64,000 nt of DNA from Catajapyx aquilonaris (taxonomy: Eukaryota): contig JYFJ02000229.1 in NCBI GenBank assembly GCA_000934665.2, positions 62,001-126,000 on the forward strand, read 5' to 3'. The position numbers were made by a program, and so were the translations under genes. Shown here one piece after another: positions 1 to 12,460 of this stretch. Numbering within the stretch: position 1 is the stretch's first letter; each line of letters opens with the position of its first letter. The notes below the pieces were generated by a model, which saw nothing but the letters and a program-made list of their open reading frames with translations, did not search any database and had not been told where the DNA came from.

Positions 1-979
1 CCCACAAAAGGAATAAGGGAAGAAGACTGAAAACTCACCAATTTGCTCAACCCAGAGGAATCGCCTCACTAACTCTCACAATCCATATCCCGCACAATTT
101 TTTCACAAGTTTTATTAGTAAACTGCAAAACTCGATTTTATAAGTGCGGCAGTAGTATAGCTAGTTAACGGCATCCGGTGATCCCAAATCAGTAGGTGTC
201 ATGTTCCCACTACCCTTAATGTGACGCCTATGGTGACACCACCCCACTCAAATGACCTGTCCCGCTGATGTCCCCAAGCCCAAAGAAATCGGAGACCACA
301 TTTACCCCTACACACTATTCTCCACATTGAACCCTACTCAACTGACGCAGGTCGAAATTTCTGCTGGTAGTGGAAAGAGTTCACTCTAACCAGCATCCTT
401 TCAACACCACTTTGCTGTTACACCTACGGTAGTTATTAACGTTCACCAACATTATTTTCACATAATTTTTTACAATACACACAAAGCAGAATTATTAGTA
501 AGAATATTGGTCTTTTCTCAAACATGTAGAATGAAAACCATACAAAATATTTTTGACTTTAATATTAGTAAGAAGGTAGAGGACGACGACATGGGGTCCA
601 AGATGTCCAAGGAACGAAAGAGATGGAAAAAAGCCGTAATAAAGTTTAACTTGGCGGGCCACTGATGCTGATGGATTACTGCCCAACGTTAGACTACGTT
701 ACTTTTTATAGCACCCTTCCTTATACGAGTATACCGTACAGTTCAGGTTAGAGAACCTACATGATACATTGAGATAAAACGAATTCTTATCTACCTGGCA
801 TATCCAATCCATCAGCTCTCGCTCTTTTTAAATCTCATGCAAGAAAACCATTTTGAAATTGGCCCAAACTCTTAGCTTGACTCACGTCCTACTACAAAGT
901 ATGATACATTAAAAACTCTTAATGAATCTCTGAATGCAACATTCAGAGCACACTTTACCAACAATAGAGCCTATAGGCA

Positions 980-1407
980 ACCGAAGCTAGTTGGTGGAGT
1001 GGACAAGGTGTCCGACTGCTAATCGGGAGATCCTGGGTTCGAGTCCCGGGGCCGGCGATCCTGATCGTGGTTATCTGTGGTTTCCTACGGTCCTCCCAGG
1101 AAAATTCCGGGGTCGCTTGTGTAAATAATAGGCAACAACCGCCCCCTCCCTTTCCTATCCTTGACCCATCCATGGGGAGGTGCGGTGTCGGTGGGGTGTT
1201 TCTGACCCGCACCTAGGGGGTTATCTTGTAACCTGACCCCCAACATAAAGACAACGCACTTGCACCAGTGTCCCCTCCTCACAAATCCCTATCCTGATCC
1301 GTGCACCGGAGAGAAAAATACGAAAGAAAATTCGCAAGAAAAAATGGTGGTAATCCACCCCCCCCTAAAAGGGTTCCGTTCCCTGCAATGGGGTAAAAAG
1401 TAATAAT
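980..1407 (+). mobile_element. tRNA-derived SINE, long variant (copy 1)
   Basis: Pol III A box TGGTGGAGTGG and B box GGTTCGAGTCC; anticodon-like arm CCGA-CTGCTAA-TCGG. Body is homologous to the copies at 5189-5558 and 24161-24452. Short (TAA)n tail. Flanking direct repeat AATAGAGCCTA at 963-973 and 1408-1418, with 6 extra nt between the left repeat and the element start. Confidence 0.9.
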
Positions 1408-1519
1408 AATAGAGCCTAGCCTGGATATACTCACACCTTACTAATTACCACTCCCGCCACACTTTATCACATCACCTCAAGATAATGAAATTAATTTTTA
1501 AGAATAACTGTGAGCAACT

Positions 1520-1730
1520 TCCGCCTCTCCACTCAGCCCATGGATCGATTTCAGGCCCGGCGATCCAGGGACCTCTCTTTGCAACCACAACCAACACCCT
1601 CCCTCCCTTGGCCCCATCAACTCCCCGCCTCTTTCCTTTATAAGGGGGTAAACCCCCCGAAGTCCTTCCCCGTCGCTATTGATGGATTGTGTAGGGACCC
1701 TGTTGAACACACAAAGACACCGCCGGTCTA
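1520..1730 (+). mobile_element. Diverged relative of the SINE family (degenerate)
   Basis: Colinear partial matches to copies 1/2: GGATCGATTTCAGGCCCGGCGATCC vs GGTTCGAGTCCCGGGGCCGGCGATCC; TTGGCCCCATC; AGGGGGT; AAAGACACCGC vs AAAGACAACGC. Boundaries approximate, no TSD seen. Confidence 0.45.
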
Positions 1731-2155
1731 GTATTGATGATAATTCATAATGCTCGGATGCAATCGGCTTGGGGACCCCTACCCTTCAAACCTCTATACA
1801 CCTCCTCCCAGCCTGTTTCAAGCTTTGTGAGAAAAAGTGGACGCCACTTTATGGATCTTGTGTTTGAAAATGACAAAGTTGCTCTAAAATGGGTCATTTT
1901 CTAAAAACAATTTCACGGGTCGTTAGGGACAAATGTTACGGTACGTAACCTGAGGTAGGCTATTAATATTTGAGGCACAGGTGCTAAAAGCGACATACCA
2001 TGTCAGGGAACTTTTGGGAGGATAAGAAATAAAATTATGTCCAGTTTGTATAATGGGGTGTTTACGGAATTTAGAATTAAAACACAAATTATTTGTACAG
2101 TCTTATACCAGCTCATGCATAGAACAGACAAATACAGATACACCTGCATTTTCAA

Positions 2156-2476
2156 CAACAACAACAACAACATCACGACATTTCCCTATGAGGGGTAGTC
2201 AGCGATGAAGGGAGACGCAAGCTAACCCAACATATGAACTAATAAAACTCATGAGAATAAACCTAAAAACAACCTGTCCCACCCCCCACCCCTGCCCACC
2301 TCAGACATCACCTTATCCTCAGACATATTTACCTATTTACCCATTAATTAACCTACGCCATTTACACCTATCCAAACAAACAACCCTAGCCTCAGCCACG
2401 TCCATGGTCCTATTGACACAAGAACGTCTCGGCTTAACACTAGCAACACCCTTAAGACACTGGCCCACCTGGTCCA
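2156..2476 (-). mobile_element. 5'-truncated RTE-clade LINE (ORF C-terminus, 3' UTR, (GTT)n tail)
   Basis: 14-bp TSD ACCTGCATTTTCAA at 2142-2155 and 2477-2490. The minus strand ends ...TACCCCTCATAGGGAAATGTCGTGAT(GTT)n and carries an RTE-like C-terminal peptide. Confidence 0.88.
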
Positions 2477-2477
2477 A
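2337..2477 (-). pseudogene. C-terminal fragment of an RTE-type reverse transcriptase ORF
   Basis: Manual translation: LDQVGQCLKGVASVKPRRSCVNRTMDVAEARVVCLDRCKWRRLING*. This matches the recalled RTE C-terminal pattern DQ..RR.C..R.M.V.EAR.VC.DR.KWR. Confidence 0.8.
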
Positions 2478-5188
2478 CCTGCATTTTCAAAAAATAATAT
2501 ACATTTTTGTTCATTAACAACTGGTTGTACGGTATATGAACGCAAATGAAACCGAGAGTACAATAATGTGTCAGTAAATGATATCTGCAATAACAACTTT
2601 TTTTGCCGGTACACTGTAAAAGTATGCAGAACAGTATGGAGATGAGGAAATGATTTGCTAACGAATCTGCAAAGCCAGCATAAAAACAAAATAGAGTTGA
2701 TGTCGGCATTCACACACCTGCACATAAGCCGGTACACGTAATCACATTTGGTACCCTATATCGCGATATCATTTTATTAATGTCGCAGTATGGCAGGAGA
2801 GAATGACATGTGGCAGACTGTTATTATCTCTGCATGCACTCCAAATGGTAGAGCATATTCCGATGGATTCCAACCGCGAATTTCTCTCTCATCAAACATT
2901 GATCCATAACACACATAGCGACAAAAAAACAAAACAATAAAAACCGTTTGATCCCAGTTATTGACTGCAACACTCGGTTGACAATTTCTTGGCTCGTAAT
3001 CCTGAACTGATATCATGCACGTTTAATTGCAGCCTATAACCAAAATGGTCTAATCGGATTAAAGGCAATAGTGTTTGAGCATAACCCGAGGCGGTTGTTT
3101 CCCCCTTTGCTCCTCTCCCCAGCAGAGCACTCGAATATCAATTAGTTTCAGTGGCATCAAGTGTGCCACGTCGCTTACATCATTACAAGATTACTGACTG
3201 CTACCTCATTTCTAACAAAATTTTCCAGCCAACCAATTTGACTTTTATTAAGCTGGGTGGTCCGTCAAAAGCTGGGGGTCTGAGGCTTCAACTGACTTCG
3301 AACCTGGCGTTCGCACCTGTCGGATTACACATGTTCGCAGGTGCAACGTGCGAATGAGGTGGACAGAATTAAGCGATCGCCAGCCACAGATTAATGCGGC
3401 TTTCTGAACCTGGCAATTCATCATCCTTGACGTTCCGCTCCAGAGTAATTATTCTTCCTGCGTAATTACCTCTTGGCACGAAGCGCATTTCAGGGATTGT
3501 TGGGATTTGGATCCGGAGGAGGGGGAGGGGGTGGGGGGAGGGAGAGAAAAAAATATTGTTTTCGCCTTCGTCGGGAAGACTTTAACCGTTACATATCCTT
3601 CTGGATGCCTTCTCTGCTTCTACTGCACTTCAACCAAATGGGTCGTCCTCAGGATAGAATTGCATCCATATACCAGCCACTATTCTATGGAAGCTTCTCA
3701 GATCGGGGCCTAATTGGGCACTGAGAATGATTACTATTTAACAACTACTGCTAGTTAGATCCGTAGTATGGGAAATGCATTTGAGATTTCATTTAGCAAG
3801 AATGTTTTATGCTCATTATTACGTCATCAACAACAACACATTTTTAAAAACAAACGCATTCAGCTATCAAGAACTCTAATTATATGTATATAGAAAGCTT
3901 AAACCGTGATGATTGTTGCTGTTATTATTTGACCTATTAGCATTTATTTTGCCATATTTATGTCGTATTCATCACTCATATACCCTTTCACAGCAGGGGT
4001 ATATGGCGAATGATTGTTGCAATAATTATTTGACGGAAATATCACTTTGACAGTCAAAGCTCCTGACCATATGTAACCTCCAAAATGTGTGTCATTGTCA
4101 CATCAATATTTTCCGGCACAACTGCAGATATTAGCCGCATGTAACCATTTTATATGTTGACGCTACTCCAATGAAAGCTCTTGAAATAAATCCAATTGCC
4201 CCCGGACAGCGCCAATGTGTAATATACACTCCAACTGTGCACTGCACAGCAACAACAATCGATATTTTGTTCATAACAGCACTCATGCTCTATTCACGTT
4301 AACTGTAATGAATCGACAACTTGAACAGTGCACTTGGCAGTTACTGCAACCCTGCTTATCGTCCAGTCCGGTTCCGGAGCCTACGACTGGCTATATGCCG
4401 CATTAACACTGACGAATGACGTTGCGGATTTGCGTGCGTATCAACAATGCGTCAGTAAAGCGCTCTAAAAAAACTAACCGCAGCACAACTTTCAAACGTT
4501 GCAGCCCCACGATCTTGTGTTTTGTGACACTCAGGATTGGAGCTTAAAACCGGGACCAAAAGTTCCACACTTTTGTACTAGATCCCGGTAGCATCATGAT
4601 GAGAGATGCAAAGCTGCGAGTAAAGTCTTTTGTAAACACCCAGCGCATGGGGACCCAGTTTACACTGCCAGCCGAATTCCCTTTAATATCCCTTTAATAT
4701 TGTTGACTTGTATCCCACCCTCATCCTCATTATGTGCATTATACGCAAATTCATTTATAGAGCTTTTGAATCGTTCATTAGTGTGAGAAGACTATGGAAA
4801 GAATTTTTATTATAGACTAACTGATGTTGCACTAATAGGCTCTATCTATTGCGGATGGTTTAGCCAAGTACTGCAGGACTTTTTTTAGGGATGACACTTT
4901 CTTGTCATATGTGCAGTACTTTGAAGTGTACTATCAGAACTAGCGCTGCAGGCGCAGCATGATGTTGATATCAGTGACATCCTGTCCTAACTATTCCCGT
5001 CTCACACTGACAAATTCTGGCCTATAACCCTCTAACACTACTGTATGTACTGTACTTGCATTTAGTATATGAATATGCGGTACGTCCAAAAGCACATCAC
5101 TTGCTGATATGAAAGGACAGTACATGGATCAAACTAATATGTGGTTATGGTGTGTACCACAACAATTTTTAGCGGCCACTGTTTGATA

Positions 5189-5206
5189 ATAATAATAATA
5201 ATAGTA

Positions 5207-5274
<68 letters not shown>
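5189..5274. repeat. (AAT)n microsatellite (SINE tail)
   Basis: About 28 units with two AGT interruptions; lies inside the SINE TSDs. Confidence 0.97.
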
Positions 5275-5558
5275 TCATACCCCGTTATCAGCCGGCGCGG
5301 CGGCTCTTTAGGGGGGAAATTTTTGTTTTGACTGGAACTCTTTGCTTTCATTTTACTATGCTTTTTGGGATAAGATAGGGACGGAAGGAAGCGGCTGTGG
5401 CCTGTTGTTACGGAAACGACCCCAGAATTATCCTGGAAGGACCGTGGGAAACCACAGAAAACCACGGTCAGGGTCGCCGGCCGCGGCCCCGGGAATCGAA
5501 CCCAGGACCTCCCGATTAGCAGGCGGACTCCATATCCACTACACCAACCTGCTTCTGT
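5189..5558 (-). mobile_element. tRNA-derived SINE (copy 3) with long (ATT)n tail
   Basis: Minus-strand A box TGGTGTAGTGG and B box GGTTCGATTCC. Central domain GTGGTTTTCTGTGGTTTCCCACGGTCCTTCCAGGATAATTCTGGGG...AGGCCACAGCCGCTTCCTTCC is shared with the other copies. TSD TGTTTGATA at 5180-5188 and 5559-5567. Confidence 0.92.
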
Positions 5559-6672
5559 TGTTTGATATAATATTCACATATGACATTTTAAGAGATGAAT
5601 CATTGAATGCAATACGCACTTGTACAGATTCATTTATAGCTCTCATGACACCAATGGGAATAGGCTAGTACTGTACTACAATCTATTGGTATTACCATGC
5701 ATATCGACTTTCGGCCGTGTCGGATTAGCTGTATATTAGGTAACCATGCTGTATGTACACGTATGGCCAACGACATTAGCTGGCACGTGAACCATTGGAT
5801 GAATGGAATGAACCCCACCTTGCCAAACTTGGAAGCGGAAATCGAAAAGCAAAAAAGAGAAGCCGTGGCGTTACTTGACACCCTTCGATCAAAGCTCTAA
5901 ATTGAAACGCACTCTGAGGTTTCCATTAACGGAGTCGGAAGAGTACATCACAGCGCAATCAATAATGATTTTGCCGCCGCCTTTTCTCAGGAAAAAAATA
6001 TAGCTATAAAATGGTGCCGGAAAAATGAGTGGGAAAGCTTGCTATGATGGTAGAACCAACCGCTTCACCGCAGGTATTCCTTGGGATACTATAGCTAGGG
6101 CTTCACTATATGGCCTACTATACTGCATCGGCCTCCATTTTTAGTGGGGAACTTTCGGATATTGTGGTGACAATGGACTATGCTCAGTAATTCACGCAAC
6201 GTCCAATGAAGAATTGCAGTAACGGACCAGCCAGATTGTGGTTGGTTGGCTCCTTTTGTAGTCAACTAGCATCCGTTATCGAAAATTGGGTTCGCAACAA
6301 GTACTTGTATACTAGTTGATCCAAAGCGTTTCACAAGTATTTTGTGGAGTCGCCATAGAAAAGAGCTAAGTTACTCGGTGTAAGCTGTAATAGTACTATA
6401 CAGGTTGCCTCATTTTACGACTTTTCATGTTACGACCCTGTTTTGCTGTTCCTTTGTTTTCAACATGTACGTTTTGTCGTCTCTTAAAAAATCGCGCAAA
6501 AAAACTAACGGCGGCATAATTCATGCACAACAAATGCGGCAGAAGAAACAGACCTAACCTGTTATTTGAGACATTACTATCGATTTTTGCTGTTTTTGCT
6601 CCACTATTAATATTTTAATACCAAAAAACATACGGACAACATTGTTGCAGGTTAAGATAGTTGCTTAGATGC

Positions 6673-6711
6673 AAGCTGACTCCAATGGATTAAATCCATT
6701 GGAGTTAGCTT
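6673..6711. repeat. Short inverted repeat (18-bp arms, 3-nt loop)
   Basis: AAGCTGACTCCAATGGAT-TAA-ATCCATTGGAGTTAGCTT, one mismatch. The right arm motif TGGAGTTAGCT recurs near 6962. Confidence 0.8.
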
Positions 6712-7371
6712 ACTTTTGTATTCCACACTCTCTTGGAAGAGAAACCCGAAACAACTCTAACAGGGCTTCGTGGGGAGGGGGTCACTACACGCGTGTGCTG
6801 TGCAGTACCTACATGTCCGACAAGTATCGTTTCAATGTGGATGGGTGTTGAATCTCCGGCTGCAACTGCCCTGAAAATTCCATGCATGTGTGATGTTCCC
6901 TTCTATGCTTTCAGAGGAGTCAGTGAAAGAAGTAAGTTACACGAGTCCTTTTTTCCCTCACTGGAGTTAGCTCGGTTTTGTTTTCCATGGTGCAATTGTA
7001 AGTTAAAATCAGTGCACTGTACTGTAATTAGCTGATTTCAAAGTAGCCTGAGGAAGTTTATTATGGCGGTAAAATACTAAAAGTCTCACAAGACTAATTA
7101 TTAAGGAGCAGCAGCAATCAATTTACATGCACTGTACAGCATCAACTACAATAAAGCTTAATTTGCAGAAGAGACTAATTGTGGTGGAGGTAGGCCTACA
7201 GGCTACATAAGACATCCCGTTTACCTACACAGTGTACATCTTTAATTAGATTATTATTGCATGCTCAGTGTCCCATAGAGGCTTACTGTATCTTACCCGA
7301 TATCACCGGTATATTTAATTGGAAATGAATATCTTTTAGCAATTCATGTGCTTTATTACATTATTAGATTA

Positions 7372-7517
7372 CAGTAAAACCTGTTGTTGGATACGCACGG
7401 TTCTGAATAAATTATTTCCAAACATACAGTAGACTTAGTAACTATTTTAGCATTACAGGGGACCTTTCGACGGTTGCAAAAATGTCCAACATACGCCCAC
7501 CTTCACAGGTTTTACTG
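7372..7517. mobile_element. Tc1/mariner/pogo-type MITE (146 bp)
   Basis: Perfect 13-bp TIR CAGTAAAACCTGT...ACAGGTTTTACTG, flanked by TA on both sides. Confidence 0.75.
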
Positions 7518-10500
7518 TAGCTGTTTACGCACTAATAGTGTTCATCAAAATTCACGCACTTTCTCATCATATATGGACACGTGGTAGATATCTTTCATAA
7601 TATGTATAAATAGAAGTAGAGTAAGGAGGCGCTATTACTTGGGCACACACTGTTCAAAGTTGTGGTAGAACATCAAAACGCCAAGTTGTGTGTACCATAC
7701 CGTTAATGCAATCAGGCTCACTTTGCTCGCTCGCTCACCATCGAAAACACCGAGGAGCGAGGAACCTCAAATCCCATGCAGGTGGATATTGCACCGGAAA
7801 CCCCCACTAAATGCTGCAGCGTTGAACCCGAACCCTGCCACTTAAAACATCTTTAAAGAGAACAAATAGGGAATATAAGAGTGAATTATTAGAGACTTCC
7901 CCGCCCACTAATGCCAGCGTTAATGCTAAACTAAGCGTTTCTCTAATTTTAGCCCCCCCCCCCCCCATTTTAATTCAGCCTCATCAATAGTTCAGAACTT
8001 AGTTAGTTCTAAAAATTCCCACATAAGTCATGTCCCTAATTAAAGCAGCTTCCACGCACAAATAACTCAGTGAGCGACCACTTGGCAGCCAACTTGTCAC
8101 ATAACCCGCTAAGCCATCAACGTTTCTTTCCTGCTCCCATTTTCCACCACTCCTTTTCCCTTCCCCTGTCTGCTCTACCTGTACAATCCAGGTGCTCCTG
8201 GGCTCCAATTTGGGCAAACTGCAGGGTGGCCAAGTCATGAAAATGCGCCTTGTCACCCGCATTTCCCAAGGACCCCCCAGCCGGCTCCCGGAAATAAATA
8301 AGTCCGGACTGGAGTTGCTAGGGAAGCATGTAGAGAAGACAAGAGTTTCGTTGCGTAGGTTAATTAAGTGAGGAAAGTGGCGTGAGGCCGCCGACGGTTG
8401 GCGGTAGTGGGGTCTTTCACTCTCATTATACATTAAAGGTAGAGATAAAGTGGGGTCGTAATTTTAAGGCAAGGCATAGCTATTTGGGAGCTAACCGCGC
8501 TCGCTTTTCCGATCCTCCATCGGTTACCTTTCCTGATTAGGCTAATGCGGGTTTAACCGCCTTCAGGGCTCATTTTCAATACAGTTCGACCTCAAAATAA
8601 TTGCAAATATGGTCAAATTTATTCCCTGGCTATAGTCAATCGATAGGATTTGCGCTCTTGCGCATTTGAGGGTCTGTGATGGATTTTTTTTTGGCCACTT
8701 CTGTACGTACCAGTAACCCATTTGTACACAACATCTGTTTCCATTCCCGATTCAAGAGCGGTTACTACAGTATCGGCTGGCAATTTCACACTGATGGGAT
8801 TTGCTGAACACACTATGTTAGTTGCGCTCATTTTTAGTGGGTCTCTCAGTAAATATGTGAATTTGCAAACACGTCTATCAATCATACAGCATGGCCGATT
8901 AAAATGGGCCACGGGTATTATCTACCGGCGAATGCACGTTTATGCGACAATTTTGCATACAATATTTCAATCACGTGCACTTGCACAAAATTGCGCTTCA
9001 CAGCAAACACTCTTTATCCGGATAAGTTGACACTTGCAGCAAAAGTGTGGGGTAAAACTGTAGCGGTTACGTGCTTCAATCGAGCATGCGCATTCCCACT
9101 GGTAGATCTTGACGTGTATGCGCGACTGGAGCGTGTCCGTTGTTGGAGGTGGAAACATTCAGCCCTCTGAACAAATAACCTGCTTTGTACAAACTCCATG
9201 AGGAGTGTTGATAAGTTAATGGACAAACACATCGGAGAAAGGATCAGTCTAATACAATTTTCAGGAACTGTATACAGTATAGGCACACATTTCTTCCCCC
9301 AAGACGGTTATCGCAACTGCAAACATCCTGCATAAGTAAAAGAGGGCTCCAAGCCCAATTTTAGAACCAGTTTGATCAACTGGAAAGGACACGGTGCCTA
9401 TATAGAACCCGCTGGGACATTTATGAACAGAACAATGATTTAGCCGTCACCGTACTTGTACAGCATAATCAAATTAACTCTCAATATCTCTTTAATCTGA
9501 GCGGACCAAATTGAAAAACAGTCAATTCCGCCTATCCCTTTCTCCATCCAATCCATTCATTTATTCAACTACCAGCTCGCAGTGGTCGTTACTCCATCGA
9601 GTATTACCGGTGCTGGAAATGCGTTTCTATAAATTGGCGACAACGTAGGAGGCTGGGAAATCGGATAGTCGCCGTAACTTCTCTCCCGAAATAGAAAGTG
9701 CTCTCGGTAATTAGAGCAAAGTCATTAACAATTTCCTTCTTTCATCCCTCAAACGGCGCGTTGCCTGGATAATTGAGCTAAGCTAGAATACGATACTGTA
9801 AATAATCAAGCCCATTGTCACACGTCAATGAGTTAATTTTTTTTTCGGAAAAAAGAAGGAATATTGGAAGGACATTTGGAAAGTCCTGTGGACGGTGTAA
9901 TGATAATTAAGCATGGGTGGAAGAGAATTTGGGTCCATGGCGTGATGCCACGGTCCCTTGTAGTTGGACCCGCTCATTTTTCGCCATACTTCATTTCGGG
10001 GCTCTTGTACCTGTCGCGCACAATCCACCGGACAGCAGCCAATAGGCCTATTGTGTTATGGCTATAAAATGTCCCCAAACCACCCCCCCTCCCCTCAGTC
10101 CGAGGTATGCTATATGCTGCCAATTTGCTTGACTCACCATTGTCGTTGTGGGCCATTGTGAGGGCATAGGAGGGGGGCATAGGGGCAGGGGAGAGTGCAG
10201 GCCAAATCGGATTGTTATTTGCTCCAGCACAAGGTATATTACGAATGTTTGGATTTGGTCGTGGTTGGGTTTGTTGTTGCTTGTGCTCTTTCCTCACATT
10301 TATTAGCCTGGTTTAGAGTAGGCCCCTATACTCCGGTATTTGGCGGTTCACAATGATTCGTGTAACGGATAAATGTTATACAAACGACTTTCATGTGCAT
10401 GAAGAGTGATTAAATTACAGAAATAAAGCTTAGACGTGACATGTCTTTAGGTCCATTGTTGATAAAGAAATAAAACATGCTGATATTTGAAAGGGGGGCG

Positions 10501-12202
10501 TTTCCAAAGTACTAGCATAAATGTACGAGTTTTGAGAATTTTGAAAGGTCAAACATATGGCGAGGTACTACACACTGAGCGATTGGACAATGTTAACTTT
10601 TCGAGTGGTACGGGCCTGTTTGCTCATGTGCTGTGCAAACAGGTCCTGTTCCTATTGTACACGTAGGATGCATGAAGGCTGATCATCCCCGTACGTGTTA
10701 TTCTCCATAACATGAGGAGGCATTAAAATGACAAGTTTTTAATTTTACTCTCCATGAAGCATTTTACGAATTCACTGTGCATTTTTGAATAGCAACCTAC
10801 GCTGTCATGAGAGTGACTTTCATGGGCTGGCATATTGAAAGATGAATTTAAATTGAGCTTAAAGTACAGCCTGACATGATGCACGTGTTTGCATAGTACC
10901 ACACGGCGGACATACACTACAACTTTGGATTCTGAATGGCAAAACAGTTTTTGAGGGCATTGGTATTCCTGCAGTAAAAGCTTTGTCATGTAGTATGATT
11001 CTGTTCAGCTCCGAATCTGTGTGATTTCATTACCCATTCTTTCCGCATCAAATATTGTATTCAAAAGCAACATAAACAAAAGAAGTGACGTGGAAACTTT
11101 CAAATATAAAATGGTGCTGGTACTGAAATGACTGTAGTCTATCTACAGTTTTGTTACATATAGCAAAACACCGTGAAGCAATTGTGCACCCTTCCGAAGC
11201 AGTGCTACTAAAGGGCTAATTCAAAAATGTACCCTGTAAAATTATGCAATAGAGGTGGTGCCAGGTGATATTATTTGTGCTTATTCCCGATTGTATCCAT
11301 CGCAATTGGTTGGGGTAAAACATGATGGATGACATGCTCGAGTCACACATACACACTCTACTTCAGCGTAGGCCTACACACACCGGGATCTACCATTGGA
11401 AATGCTCATGAGCGACGCGATGGGAGCAAGTCATCTTATCACATTTCAACTATTTTGATTAACCCACTGTTGCAGGCATTCATGTGCACAGTGTACTGTA
11501 CCACCCTGTATAACGGTGCAGATTATTGCTGATAACTCATGACGAGCCACTCATAAATAACTTTAAAACACACTAAAATAAAGAAAAGTGCAGTAATATT
11601 TTAAATAAATATAAATCTTTGCGACTATTTAGTATAACAGAAGCATGTGAATCCTAATCACCTATTCCATTACTAGAGAGTGCAGTGAAAGGATGACATA
11701 TTGTGGTACGTCCTCCCTCTAATTACGTACTGTATCGTAATATTAATGTAAACATGACTAATGAATAGGGATCAATGCACAAATAAATCAATAAACCATT
11801 TCAATGCAATATCCGTATAATACGGCCATTTACGGCAAAGAGTATTAGCACTTCCCTAGCGGGTGATTTACTCTAATCCGGAGACTATCACTGCAGGCAT
11901 ATTCCCTCGAGTTCAGATATTGTTTTTACCTTTTTTCTCTCTCGGTTTAATATTACAATAGCAAGACGACAATACTGTGATTTTGCGCAAGAAACGTATT
12001 TAATGTACAGTACTGTGTACACTGTACACACGCTTACACGTAGGGTCTAATCATGGGACCACTCGCAAACCAGTAAAAAATGCTTATTTAGTATTTCCAT
12101 ATCCTTGCTTTGAGAAATGTATATACCTCGTATATAGTAAGAAAAGGTCGGATGAGCTTGCTTTGGTTCACCGAGATGCTCTTGTTACCCTATAGTGCGG
12201 CA

Positions 12203-12460
12203 TCAATTGAGGACAGCATCATGGAGAGTAGACTTGGGAATTTGCAGCTCCATGCTTGTAGAACGGATTGATTTCCGTGGACCACGCTGGAAAGTGAACA
12301 GGATCAGGTTGCCATGTCCTTGAGAGATGCTCCTGTTTCCTGACCAGGGGACGACGCGACGTAGCAAAAGATCCACTCTCCCTTAGTTGTTTGTCCCACC
12401 TCAAAATGGTCTGACGAGCCGGTGGTTTACGCCCATGAAACTGTCCCAAATCGATGCCGA
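12203..12460 (-). pseudogene. Frameshifted N-terminal (HTH, DUF4817-like) fragment of a Tc1/mariner transposase
   Basis: One frame gives FHGRKPPARQTILRWDKQLRESGSFATSRR. A downstream frame gives FTFQRGPRKSIRSTSMELQIPKSTLHDAVLN*. Together they match the recalled pattern PPS..TI.RW.K.F.ETGS...RSP.KS.R.AS.EL.IP.STVH. No DDE core follows. Confidence 0.8.

Noticed and set aside
290..430. Minus-strand Cys/His pattern suggestive of a LINE ORF1 PHD finger
   Set aside because: Requires several frameshifts and stops; not distinguishable from chance.
5169..5465. Poly-Leu, poly-Arg and poly-Phe ORFs (also 57202, 63495, 63584)
   Set aside because: Artefacts of translating microsatellites and SINE sequence.
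6401..6440. pogo/Tigger-like left TIR (TA|CAGGTTGCCTCATTTTACG); similar orphan end at 14916
   Set aside because: No matching opposite TIR found, so element limits cannot be supported.
10400..11240. Possible Tc1-like relic (C..LKGG-like residues near 10480; ...ACCCTG|TA at ~11238)
   Set aside because: Too degenerate; no paired TIRs or continuous frame.
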